Part shown: positions 7,317 to 15,863 of the stretch, piece after piece
How positions within the stretch are numbered: the stretch's first letter is position 1
Layout: every line of letters begins with the position of its first letter
Source of the DNA: a virus
Lineage: Duplodnaviria > Caudoviricetes
DNA: 38,961 bases
Virus record (IMG/VR): IMGVR_UViG_3300020045_002893
Span: 1 to 38,961 of that record
Direction: 5' to 3' (one strand)
Made by a program: the position numbers and the translations under genes
The notes under the pieces: model-generated
Told to the model about the DNA's origin: nothing
Seen by the model: only the letters and a program-made list of their open reading frames with translations
Database searches by the model: none

Positions 7317-8086
7317 GCGGAACCGTCAACGTAGCGCGCAGCATATGGACCGATGCAGCGTTCAAGGATCAGCCATTTACTGAGCGCGAAGCCTTCATTT
7401 GGTTGGTCATGGAGGCATCATGGAAAGACAGGGAAAAGAGGTTCGGCAAGGTGTGCGTCCAGCTTCAGCGCGGACAGTTGGCTACGTCCATCCGCTTCAT
7501 GGCAGAGGCTTGGTCTTGGCAGAAATCTACCGTTGATAGGTTCATCAAAAGGCTTGAAAGCCGGGACATGATAGGGACAGACAGCGGGACAGGTGTTTCC
7601 GTCATAACCATAAGAAAATACAATGAATATCAGTACCCGTCATCAGAAGCTGGGACAGACGAAAACACAAAACCGGGACAGAAGCGGGACAGAAGCGGGA
7701 CAAACTATAAGAATGGTTCAATACAGGATGAAAAAAGAAAGAAAGAAGATGTTGGGGCTGACGCCCCCAATGCTGAGAAGGCATTCATGCCCGACGGTTG
7801 GGTTCTGAGCGAAGAAGGCTGGGCATATGCCCGCAAGCAAAACATTCCAGATGAGGTGATCGAAGATGAGGCAAGAGGGTTTCAAGCCTATTGGGCAGAC
7901 CGCAATGACCGCGACGCAAAGAAGTCTGCCAGAGGCTGGGAACAGTGCTGGGCGAACCGCTGTCGCAGCATCGCGGGACGCTACGCAGGTCGCGGCATGG
8001 CTGGCAAAGCAACAGCCGGAGGATATGGACAAGGCGGCAGTATCGCGAGCATCGCAGCACGGCGTCGGGCTTCTGGTCAGGTATGA
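7313..8086 (+). CDS. phage replication initiation protein (lambda O-like)
   Basis: N-terminal wHTH (LQRGQLATSIRFMAEAWSWQKSTVDRFIKRL...ITIRKYNEYQ), internal iterons and a C-terminal F..YW...W domain. Confidence 0.85.
   Translation: MSGTVNVARSIWTDAAFKDQPFTEREAFIWLVMEASWKDREKRFGKVCVQLQRGQLATSIRFMAEAWSWQKSTVDRFIKRLESRDMIGTDSGTGVSVITIRKYNEYQYPSSEAGTDENTKPGQKRDRSGTNYKNGSIQDEKRKKEDVGADAPNAEKAFMPDGWVLSEEGWAYARKQNIPDEVIEDEARGFQAYWADRNDRDAKKSARGWEQCWANRCRSIAGRYAGRGMAGKATAGGYGQGGSIASIAARRRASGQV
7563..7750. repeat. probable replication origin: GGGACA iterons plus an A-rich tract
   Basis: GGGACA at 7563, 7574, 7586, 7652, 7675, 7686 and 7697 (mostly 11-12 bp spacing), followed by A-rich sequence. Confidence 0.75.
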
Positions 8087-8627
8087 GTACCGCTATCCCG
8101 AGGGGCCGAACGGTGAGCGGATGCCGTCCTATGCCGTGGCTGTGGGCTGCGAAATCGACGGGACGCCGGACGGTGCGAACGCGGCCCTTGCCGATCTGCG
8201 CAACTTCATGACGCCAGCGCCCATCCGCGAGATTGAGGCATGGCTTGCGGAACTGTCTGTCATCGTGGCAAGGCGACAGGGCGACGAATTCAGCGACGAA
8301 TTGCGGCTGGTGGCCTATTCATCGCGCCTTGCCCGGTATCCCGCCGACGTGGCGCGGAAGGTGACCATCGGAACGCCGTACAAGTTTTGGCCCACATGGT
8401 CTGAGATGGAAAAGCAGGCAGATGCTATGACGGGCGCGCGCCGCAGCATGATTGCAGCGCTTGAACGCGGCCCGGCCCTGCCCGAGCCTGTCCGCCGCCC
8501 TGCCACCGATGAGGAACGCGCGCGTGTCCAGGCGCTTGTGGATGAAATGTTCCCGTCGAGGGAACCAGAGATGCGCAAGGCGGCTGTGGATGAAGCGCTG
8601 CGCGGCAACTGCATGCGTGGGGATTGA
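7905..8627 (+). CDS. putative replication accessory/helicase-loader-position protein (start uncertain)
   Basis: Follows and overlaps the initiator gene; YPADVA...KFWPTWSE motif. Confidence 0.65.
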   Translation: MTATQRSLPEAGNSAGRTAVAASRDATQVAAWLAKQQPEDMDKAAVSRASQHGVGLLVRYEYRYPEGPNGERMPSYAVAVGCEIDGTPDGANAALADLRNFMTPAPIREIEAWLAELSVIVARRQGDEFSDELRLVAYSSRLARYPADVARKVTIGTPYKFWPTWSEMEKQADAMTGARRSMIAALERGPALPEPVRRPATDEERARVQALVDEMFPSREPEMRKAAVDEALRGNCMRGD

Positions 8628-8790
8628 GCGTAACTTGTCAGTAGCCCCCAAACTGCGATTGCCTGTCAGTTGCACCCGCCCCCACGCCATGCCACAGTGA
8701 CCAGGCGCGGCCCGCCTTCGGATTGATCCCCAGAGGTTCCGGCGAAATCTCCCCGCCATGGGCCGCGCACGAAACACAGGGAGAGTGGAG

Positions 8791-9057
8791 ATGATGAAAA
8801 TGTGTGACTACTGCGGAACTGACGTGTTGCCCATTTGCGAATGTGGCCGCGAATACGTCAACACCCCACATGCCCTTGCCGATCTGCGCGCCGAGAATGC
8901 GCGGCTACGTAGCGTGCTCATGAAGCTGCAAACCTCGCAATGCTTTGGCAACGGCGAAGTTGTCGGCCTAGATCTGAATGCGTCGCCGCTTGGCCGCGAA
9001 ATTATGGCACGCATCCAGGTTGCCCGCGCCGCCCTCGCCCAGAAGGTGACAGCATGA
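8791..9057 (+). CDS. hypothetical protein with an N-terminal Cys cluster
   Basis: GGGAGAG RBS; CDYCG...CECG. Confidence 0.65.
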   Translation: MMKMCDYCGTDVLPICECGREYVNTPHALADLRAENARLRSVLMKLQTSQCFGNGEVVGLDLNASPLGREIMARIQVARAALAQKVTA

Positions 9058-9398
9058 CCGCGCCGGAACGGATCTGGGCATGCCCCGGAAACAATCGTGG
9101 ATGGTATGCGGCCATGTGCAGCAACGAGCCATTCATGGATGGGCTTGATACCGAATACGTCCGCGCCGACCTCGCCCCCACATGGCGCAGCATCGACAGC
9201 GCGCCGAAGGACGGGACACCACACGTCAGGGCCATTCTGGTCCGACCGCTTTCCGGCGGGCATCCGTGGTGGGAATACATCTGCGGCAGGCTGGACGACG
9301 AAGGCGAGTTCCGCGACCATGACGATAACGCGCCGTTTAGTGCCGAAGATTACGATGCATGGATGCCCCTTCCCCAGCCCCCGGAGGACACGAAATGA
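9054..9398 (+). CDS. DUF551-like phage protein
   Basis: WRSIDSAPKDGT...WMPLPQPP signature. Confidence 0.8.
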   Translation: MTAPERIWACPGNNRGWYAAMCSNEPFMDGLDTEYVRADLAPTWRSIDSAPKDGTPHVRAILVRPLSGGHPWWEYICGRLDDEGEFRDHDDNAPFSAEDYDAWMPLPQPPEDTK

Positions 9399-9853
9399 CC
9401 GACCCGCTTTTCACCCACCTCTACGGCAGCGCGCCGGAGGATGCAGCCAGCGCGATGAAGCGTAGCACTGCCATCACAACGCAAGACGTCGATGCGCCGA
9501 TCTTCATTCCGAACGTATACGCTATGGACTTCAACCCGATGGAGTATGGCTTCTACAAGAACCCCAACCCTGTCGATACCGGCAGCGAAATCCTTCTTGA
9601 TGGCGGCGTGATGCTTTGCAACGGGGTCATGGATGGCGTTACCGTATTCGTGCGGGAGCCTATCGTTCTGGAAGTTGACGGCCCGCTTACCATTCGCAAC
9701 TGCGAATTCGCTTGGGATATGCCCGGCGTTCCGTTCTTGGGCTGCACTTGGCTTACAATCCGCGACAACGGACACCCTGTCAGGATCAATGACATCACCA
9801 TTCGCCCGATATACCACGGCGAAGGCCGCGCCAAGCTGGGAGAAACGAAATGA
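9395..9853 (+). CDS. hypothetical protein
   Basis: GGAGG RBS; ATGA overlaps. Confidence 0.7.
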   Translation: MTDPLFTHLYGSAPEDAASAMKRSTAITTQDVDAPIFIPNVYAMDFNPMEYGFYKNPNPVDTGSEILLDGGVMLCNGVMDGVTVFVREPIVLEVDGPLTIRNCEFAWDMPGVPFLGCTWLTIRDNGHPVRINDITIRPIYHGEGRAKLGETK

Positions 9854-10482
9854 CCGGCCTCACCCCCACGATCACCCTGCCCGTCACCGAATACGAAGCC
9901 GCCCTTGCGCAGGCCCGCGCTGACGGGATGCGGGCGGCGGCTGAAATTTGCATGAATGAGGCGCGCTTCCGTGAGGCCCAAATCCTTGACGGTGGCGATC
10001 ATCTAAACCGCGACCAGAAGATCCGGTGGGAGGCCGGGAAGATCGGAGCAACGGTTCTGGCTGACCGCATCCTCAACGAGACAGCCCACAACATCACCTT
10101 CAGGGCATTCATGGACAACTTTCAAGCCGCGGTATCAAAAGCCTTAGGCGTGCCCGCCGCGCTGGCCCCCGCCCCTGCGGTGCCTGCGGATGCGCCATTC
10201 CCAAAGCCGACATGGAACCCTGACAGTTCGCCATGCGGTGAGTGCCATTTGCCCATTGGTGAGACATGCGACATTTGCGGGGCTTCACATGCCCCCGAGG
10301 TGGTCACCAATACTGCGGATGCGGGGCTTGAAGCGCTGGTGGAGGCGGGCAATCGGCTGTTGCCGTATTTGGCATGGACAATTGGCCCGGAAAGCCCCGG
10401 CCATCATCCGACCATGCCAAGCGCGGTTGCCCATTTTTCCGCCGCTCTCACCGCCGCGCAGCCGTATGTGGAGGGGGTGTGA
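9850..10482 (+). CDS. hypothetical (mosaic) phage protein
   Basis: ATGA overlap; internal CGEC...CDICG. Confidence 0.7.
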   Translation: MTGLTPTITLPVTEYEAALAQARADGMRAAAEICMNEARFREAQILDGGDHLNRDQKIRWEAGKIGATVLADRILNETAHNITFRAFMDNFQAAVSKALGVPAALAPAPAVPADAPFPKPTWNPDSSPCGECHLPIGETCDICGASHAPEVVTNTADAGLEALVEAGNRLLPYLAWTIGPESPGHHPTMPSAVAHFSAALTAAQPYVEGV

Positions 10483-10721
10483 TGGCCGCGCCAAAGCTGC
10501 TGCCGTGCCCGTTTTGCGGCGATGAGGCGGAATATTCGATCACTTCCGACGAAGGCCAGCGAAACGACTTCGACACCGTTCGGTGCAAGACTTGCGTTGC
10601 TGAAATGAGAACCATTCTTCACTGGATGGATAAGGGTGGCGAGCATAGAGACGCTCTTGCTTCTGCATGGAACCGCCGCGCAGCAATCGCTCAACACGAT
10701 GACCGAAAGGGCGCCAAATGA
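10482..10721 (+). CDS. Lar-family restriction alleviation protein
   Basis: KLLPCPFCG...VRCKTC...AWNRR signature. Confidence 0.8.
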   Translation: MAAPKLLPCPFCGDEAEYSITSDEGQRNDFDTVRCKTCVAEMRTILHWMDKGGEHRDALASAWNRRAAIAQHDDRKGAK

Positions 10722-11074
10722 CTGACCGCTGCGCAGAATGCACTTGCCAGCACGGCGGGGTGTATTGCAACTGGATCGCTTCCACGCCGCAGGAATATAA
10801 CGCCGAACTTGCCCGGCTGACCGCCCGCGAGGCCGCGCTGATCGACACCATCGCCCGCCTGACCGCCGAGCGTGACGCGGTGCAGGCTGAGGTTGCCCGC
10901 CGCGAGATGGAACGCAAAGCCATGTCTGCTCGGATTGGAATGCAACGCAAGGAAGTACGCCGGGCACTTAGCTGGGCGAACGCATGCCAGACAGCTATGT
11001 TCAAGACGATTGAAGAACTCAACATTTTCAAGCGTGCCGCTATCCGCGCCATCGCACAGGACAACACGCCATGA
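10718..11074 (+). CDS. hypothetical coiled-coil protein
   Basis: ATGA-coupled ORF. Confidence 0.7.
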   Translation: MTDRCAECTCQHGGVYCNWIASTPQEYNAELARLTAREAALIDTIARLTAERDAVQAEVARREMERKAMSARIGMQRKEVRRALSWANACQTAMFKTIEELNIFKRAAIRAIAQDNTP

Positions 11075-11439
11075 CCACAGGCACCACAGCACTGCGCGCG
11101 CTGATCGAGGCGGTGGAGGCGGGAAAGCGCGGCCTGGGCCTAAACACAGCCGCCGTATTTGGAGACAACCAAACGGCAATGGATGCTGTAGACGCATTTG
11201 ACGGCTCACTCGACGCCGCCAAGGCCCTGCATGACGCGCTGCTGCCGGGGTGGCGCGTGGAGAACGTCAGCCAGCATGATAATGGGGCGTGGTGGGTCAG
11301 TTTGCATCGGCCAGTGCAGGGTGACGATCTGGGGAATATCACGCTACCCGGCGCAACTGTCGCCGTATTCGACAACCCGAACCCCGCCCGCGCATGGTTG
11401 CTGGCTATCCTCAAGGCCAAGCTGGGGGCGGCAGAATGA
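11071..11439 (+). CDS. hypothetical phage protein (ABA-sandwich-like)
   Basis: SLDAAKALHDALLPGW...NPARAWLLAILKA. Confidence 0.7.
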   Translation: MTTGTTALRALIEAVEAGKRGLGLNTAAVFGDNQTAMDAVDAFDGSLDAAKALHDALLPGWRVENVSQHDNGAWWVSLHRPVQGDDLGNITLPGATVAVFDNPNPARAWLLAILKAKLGAAE

Positions 11440-11609
11440 CCACAGACGCCGATACCCTGGCATTCACCTGCCGCATCCAGCACGGCAACCACAACAACGC
11501 CATGCTGATCGACCGCGTGATCGAGGGGCTGTCGTACACCCTCATGACGCGCGTGCAGATCCCGCTGTGGCAGGACGTGCGCGCTATGCAGGCGGAGGCG
11601 GGGGCATGA
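11436..11609 (+). CDS. hypothetical protein
   Basis: ATGA-coupled on both sides. Confidence 0.6.
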   Translation: MTTDADTLAFTCRIQHGNHNNAMLIDRVIEGLSYTLMTRVQIPLWQDVRAMQAEAGA

Positions 11610-12229
11610 TCGAAGGCATGGAGCGTGCTGGCCTAAACAGCCGCTGCATCGCCAAGTGCGACGATTGCGGTCTGGCCGAGTATGAGGCTTGCAGCTACGA
11701 GCGCGCCAGTGGCGGCGCTTGGCGACCAAATGAAGGGCAGGTCATCCATCGGCTGACAAAGCGTGGATGGTCGCACATCAAGGGAAAACTGCGGTGCATG
11801 GCCTGCGAATTGCAGCGCAAACCGCAAAAAGAGGATGAACAAGTGGCCGACAAAGTGACACAGCTGCGCCAGCCCACGCCGGAGCAAAAACGCCAGATCT
11901 TCGAAATGCTGGGCGTTGCCTATGACCCCAAGGCCGGGCGCTATCGAGACTGCGAAACCGACGTCACCGTGGCAGAGGCTCTGGGCGCAAACATCATGTT
12001 CGGATGGGTGGCCGCAATCCGCGAGGAGTTCTTTGGACCGGACGGCGGCAACGCCGAAATGGAAAACATCCGCGCCGATCTTGCGCGCTGGCAGTCCGAG
12101 GCGACCGCTATGCAACGGCAGGTCACGGACACGGCGGCACAGCTTGCCACGGCCATCACTAAGGTATCCGACATGCAGCGCCGCCTTGATGCGCTTGTGA
12201 AGGCCACCGGCCCGCGCATGAGGGCATGA
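11606..12229 (+). CDS. hypothetical protein with a Zn-finger and a C-terminal coiled coil
   Basis: CDDCG...CMACE, then a helical C-terminus. Confidence 0.75.
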   Translation: MIEGMERAGLNSRCIAKCDDCGLAEYEACSYERASGGAWRPNEGQVIHRLTKRGWSHIKGKLRCMACELQRKPQKEDEQVADKVTQLRQPTPEQKRQIFEMLGVAYDPKAGRYRDCETDVTVAEALGANIMFGWVAAIREEFFGPDGGNAEMENIRADLARWQSEATAMQRQVTDTAAQLATAITKVSDMQRRLDALVKATGPRMRA

Positions 12230-12368
12230 CGACTAGCCTGACCGGGGGCTAAATCCCGGCTGTAAGCTGTGAGAGCAGGGCGGCGGTTGGTTTGTAGCCC
12301 AATCCACAGCACCCCCGGCGCGGATTGTATGCCGCCTAGTTTGCCGCGTGACGGGGGAAGTATTTTCT

Positions 12369-12418
12369 GTATCCGGTAATTTATGTGTTGCAGTATCCGG
12401 TAACACATGGCATACATA
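12369..12418 (+). promoter_or_regulatory. promoter with direct-repeat operator
   Basis: GTATCCGGTAA at 12369 and 12393, flanking and overlapping TTGCAG-17-CATACA; AT-rich. Confidence 0.65.
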
Positions 12419-12442
12419 GGACATGGAAACGGGAGAAACAAA

Positions 12443-12754
12443 ATGCTGAACCAGATCATCACATCGCAAGACTTCATCGACGACGAAATCGTGGCAGCCA
12501 AGATCGCTGATAGCGACTTCGAGGTTTTCGTTTCGCCCGCTTTCGAATTTGACGGCAGCACCTTCCGCGTCCTCTTGGATGGCCACCACAGCTTGGCAGC
12601 CGCCATCGCAGCGGGCGTGGAGCCGACGATCTCCGAGCGCGACGCCGCCGAAGATGACCGCGTTGCCCTGATCGAAAACGCCGATGACTTCCTGGCCGCC
12701 TGCTGGATGGACGGCGAGTATCGCTTTGCCGCGACAGGGCGGGCCGTTTGGTGA
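12443..12754 (+). CDS. small stand-alone ParB/Srx-like domain protein
   Basis: RVLLDGHHSLAAAIAAG resembles the ParB-N DGHHR motif; GGGAG RBS; acidic. Confidence 0.7.
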   Translation: MLNQIITSQDFIDDEIVAAKIADSDFEVFVSPAFEFDGSTFRVLLDGHHSLAAAIAAGVEPTISERDAAEDDRVALIENADDFLAACWMDGEYRFAATGRAVW

Positions 12755-12897
12755 GCGACCGCGTAGCAGCCCTTCGCCAGCGCAGGACAGAAGCCGGGCT
12801 TGTCCGCCTGGAAATGTGGGTGCCCGCAGAGCGCCGTGACGAAATCAAACAAGCCATCGCAGACATGCTTGACAACCCACCCCCACCGGCCCCATGA
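12751..12897 (+). CDS. small RHH/DUF3018-like regulator, 48 aa (not in the ORF track)
   Basis: MSDRVAALRQRRTEAGLVRLEMWVPAERRDEIKQAI...; GTGA overlap with the upstream gene. Confidence 0.7.
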   Translation: MSDRVAALRQRRTEAGLVRLEMWVPAERRDEIKQAIADMLDNPPPPAP

Positions 12898-12921
12898 TCT
12901 GGCTTCCTCCCATTGCCAACT

Positions 12922-12960
12922 GCCCCGTCCCGTGCAAATGGGGCGGGGGCTTTCGTTTGT
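12922..12960 (+). terminator. Rho-independent terminator
   Basis: GCCCCGTCCC-loop-GGGGCGGGGC-type stem followed by TTTCGTTT. Confidence 0.75.
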
Positions 12961-13003
12961 CGGGGCTGTGTGTTAGCCTTCCTGAAAGCAGGAATTTTGG
13001 AAA

Positions 13004-13360
13004 ATGGCGCAAGGCAACAAAAATCCATCGCCAGCCACCAGGTTCAAGCCGGGCAAATCCGGCAACCCCGGCGGAAAATCGGCAGAAATGGTATCCATCG
13101 AACGGCGCAACGCAGAAGCCGCCATGCGCATTCGTGAACGCATGTTGCGCGCCACTGAAGCCCGCCTTGTCGAAATGTCCAGTGAGGACGTCATGGCACT
13201 GATCGAACCCGCCATGCTGAAGCTGCTGACCGACAGCGAAACGCGCGGGCTTGGCGCACCAGTGCAGCCGGTGGACCATTCCAGCACAGACGGCAGCATG
13301 ACGCCGACGCGGATTGAACTGATCGCCGTGCAGGCCAGGCATGACGACAGCGCGGATTAA
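13004..13360 (+). CDS. terS: terminase small subunit (DUF5681-type N-terminus)
   Basis: TRFKPGKSGNPGG motif; directly upstream of TerL. Confidence 0.75.
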   Translation: MAQGNKNPSPATRFKPGKSGNPGGKSAEMVSIERRNAEAAMRIRERMLRATEARLVEMSSEDVMALIEPAMLKLLTDSETRGLGAPVQPVDHSSTDGSMTPTRIELIAVQARHDDSAD

Positions 13361-14561
13361 CCTGCCGCAAAAGCTGGTCGAGAACTTCGCGCAGCCCGCG
13401 CGGCATCGCGTCATTCGCGGCGGTCGCGGGTCAGGCAAGACGCGCGGCATCGCCAAGATGACCGCCATCAAGGGATACCAGCTTGCACAGCAGGGCCGCG
13501 AGGGCATCATCCTTGCCAGCCGGGAACACCTGAACAGCCTGGACGAAAGCAGCCTAGAGGAAATCAAGGCCGCCATCGCATCGGAGCCGTTCCTTGCCGA
13601 CTATTACGAGATTGGCGAGAAGTTCGTACGCACCAAGAACAAGCGCGTGTCCTATGCCTTCGCCGGGCTGCGCCACAACCTCGACAGCGTGAAGTCCAAG
13701 GCCCGCATCCTGCTGAACTGGACCGATGAAGCCGAGAACGTGTCCGAGGCGGCGTGGCGCAAGCTGATCCCCACCATCCGCGAGGAAGGGTCTGAGAATT
13801 GGATCAGCTACAACCCCGAAAGCCCGGAAAGCGCCACGCATCGCAGGTTCATTGAGCAGACCCCAACGGGCTGCGTTGTTACCACGATGAACTGGCGGGA
13901 CAACCCGTGGTTTCCGGCGGAACTGGACCAAGAGCGACGCGATGACATGCGCCTGCGCCCGGATACGTACGATCACATTTGGGAAGGCGCGTTTCTTGTG
14001 CGTACCGATGCGCAGGTGTTCGGTGGGTGCTTCACGGTTGACGAATTCGAGCCGGATGACAGGTGGGACGGGCCGTACTACGGTCTTGACTTCGGTTTCA
14101 GCCAAGACCCTAGCGCCGCCGTGGAGTGCTGGGTGCACAAGCGCAAGCTGTATATCCGCCGCGAGGCTGGCAAGCCCAAGCTGGAACTGGACGACACCGC
14201 GCCATACGTGATCGACCGCATCCCCGGCATGGACCGGGCCACTATCCGCGCAGACAGCGCGCGACCGGAAAGCATCAGCTACCTCAGGCGCCACGGGATG
14301 CCGGGCATCGTGTCGGTGGAGAAGTGGCCCGGATCGGTGGACGATGGGATTGCCCATATCCGCAGCTATGAGGGCGTTGTGATCCACCCGGACTGCACCC
14401 AGACGGCACGGGAATTCCGCCTCTACAGCTACAAAACGAACACGGCTGGCGACGTGCTGAACGTGGTGCTGGACGCGAACAACCACTACATCGACGCCAT
14501 CCGCTACGCCATTGGCCCGCTGATCCGCGCGCGCCATGCCCCCCGCATTCGCACCCTGTAG
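13341..14561 (+). CDS. terL: terminase large subunit, PBSX family
   Basis: Walker A GGRGSGKT, Walker B WTDEAE, YNP, GLDFGF nuclease motif, NHYIDAIRYA. Confidence 0.96.
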   Translation: MTTARINLPQKLVENFAQPARHRVIRGGRGSGKTRGIAKMTAIKGYQLAQQGREGIILASREHLNSLDESSLEEIKAAIASEPFLADYYEIGEKFVRTKNKRVSYAFAGLRHNLDSVKSKARILLNWTDEAENVSEAAWRKLIPTIREEGSENWISYNPESPESATHRRFIEQTPTGCVVTTMNWRDNPWFPAELDQERRDDMRLRPDTYDHIWEGAFLVRTDAQVFGGCFTVDEFEPDDRWDGPYYGLDFGFSQDPSAAVECWVHKRKLYIRREAGKPKLELDDTAPYVIDRIPGMDRATIRADSARPESISYLRRHGMPGIVSVEKWPGSVDDGIAHIRSYEGVVIHPDCTQTAREFRLYSYKTNTAGDVLNVVLDANNHYIDAIRYAIGPLIRARHAPRIRTL

Positions 14562-14570
14562 CAAATCCCG

Positions 14571-14587
14571 CGATGTGATGTTACAAC
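14571..14587 (+). promoter_or_regulatory. late-promoter motif (variant)
   Basis: CGATGTGATGTTACAAC upstream of the portal gene; related to the copies at 16660, 22352 and 29487. Confidence 0.5.
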
Positions 14588-14612
14588 ATATCAAACCAAC
14601 ACAGAGGCGCGC

Positions 14613-15863
14613 ATGAAATTCCCCCGTCTGTTTCGCCGTGAGGTGAAGGAAAGCGCCGCAGCCCGCACAGTCGTGCTGTCGCCGGGCCAGCCCGTGTGGA
14701 CGCCGCGCGACTACCGCTCGTTTGCGGTGGAGGGGTACCAGAAGAACGCCATCGCGTACCAGTCCATCAACCGCATCGCGGACGCCGTTGCCAGCGTGCA
14801 GTGGACGGCATGGCGCGGCAAGGCCGAACTGACCACGCATCCCGTGCTTGACCTTCTGCGCCGCCCAAACCCCATGCAGTCCGGGGCCGACTTCATCCGG
14901 GCCAAGGTGGGCTTCCTGATGATCGCAGGGAACGCCTATGACGAGCGGGTGACCGTGGGCGGCAAGGCGCGGGAACTCTACACCCTGCGCCCCGACCGCA
15001 TGAAGGTTGTGGAAAGCGCATCCGGCACGCCTGCGGGCTACGTGTACGAAGTGGGCGGGCGGCGAGCTACGTGGGACGTTGACCCGCGCACGATGCAATC
15101 CGACATTCGCCATACCAAATTGTTCAACCCGCTGAATGACTGGTACGGCATGGCCCCGATTGAGGCGGGGGCCTACGCCATTGACCAGCACAACCTTGGC
15201 ATGGCTTGGATGCAGGCCCTGCTACAGAACAGCGCCCGGCCATCTGGTGCCCTTGTGCTGGCCCCTGAGGCCACGCTTTCAGACGAACAATTCGCCCGGC
15301 TGAAAGCGCAAACCGAAGATCAGTACCAAGGCGCGCACAACGCGGGGCGGCCCATGTTGCTGGAAGGCGGGCTTGACTGGAAAGAGATGGGCCTGTCGCC
15401 GGTCGATATGAGTATTATCGAGGGCAAGAATTCATCGGCGCGTGACATTGCGCTGACCTTCGGCGTTCCCCCGCAGCTTCTGGGCATCCCCGGCGATAAC
15501 ACCTATTCCAACTACCAGGAGGCGCGGCTTGCCTTCTGGGAGGATACCGTCATTCCGTTGCTGGACATGCTGGCGGCGGGTTGGTCCATGTGGCTGGCGA
15601 ATGGCGAGATTGAGCTAAAGCCCGATCTGGACCAGATCCCCGCCATTGCCGAAAAACGGCAGAAACTGTGGGACATGGCCGACAAGGCGACAGACCTGAC
15701 CCTGAACGAACGCCGCGAACTGAAAGGCTACGCGCCGATCCAAGGCGGCGACGTGTTGCTGGTGAACGCCAGCACCATCCCGCTTGCCGATGCCATCGCA
15801 CCGCCTCAGCCACAGCCACAGCTTCCGCCTGCCGATGCTGCCGGGCTGGCATATGGTGAGTAA
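14613..15863 (+). CDS. portal protein, HK97 family
   Basis: HPVLDLLRRPNP, GNAY, YGMAPI, NSARPSG, LLEGGLDW, FGVPPQLLG. Confidence 0.96.
   Translation: MKFPRLFRREVKESAAARTVVLSPGQPVWTPRDYRSFAVEGYQKNAIAYQSINRIADAVASVQWTAWRGKAELTTHPVLDLLRRPNPMQSGADFIRAKVGFLMIAGNAYDERVTVGGKARELYTLRPDRMKVVESASGTPAGYVYEVGGRRATWDVDPRTMQSDIRHTKLFNPLNDWYGMAPIEAGAYAIDQHNLGMAWMQALLQNSARPSGALVLAPEATLSDEQFARLKAQTEDQYQGAHNAGRPMLLEGGLDWKEMGLSPVDMSIIEGKNSSARDIALTFGVPPQLLGIPGDNTYSNYQEARLAFWEDTVIPLLDMLAAGWSMWLANGEIELKPDLDQIPAIAEKRQKLWDMADKATDLTLNERRELKGYAPIQGGDVLLVNASTIPLADAIAPPQPQPQLPPADAAGLAYGE

Noticed and set aside
7563-7702. CRISPR-like or mini-array interpretation of the GGGACA repeats
   Set aside because: The repeats are too short and have no unique spacers of constant length; they fit iterons.
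12232-12340. Hammerhead ribozyme
   Set aside because: The CTGANGA and GAAA core motifs are not both present.
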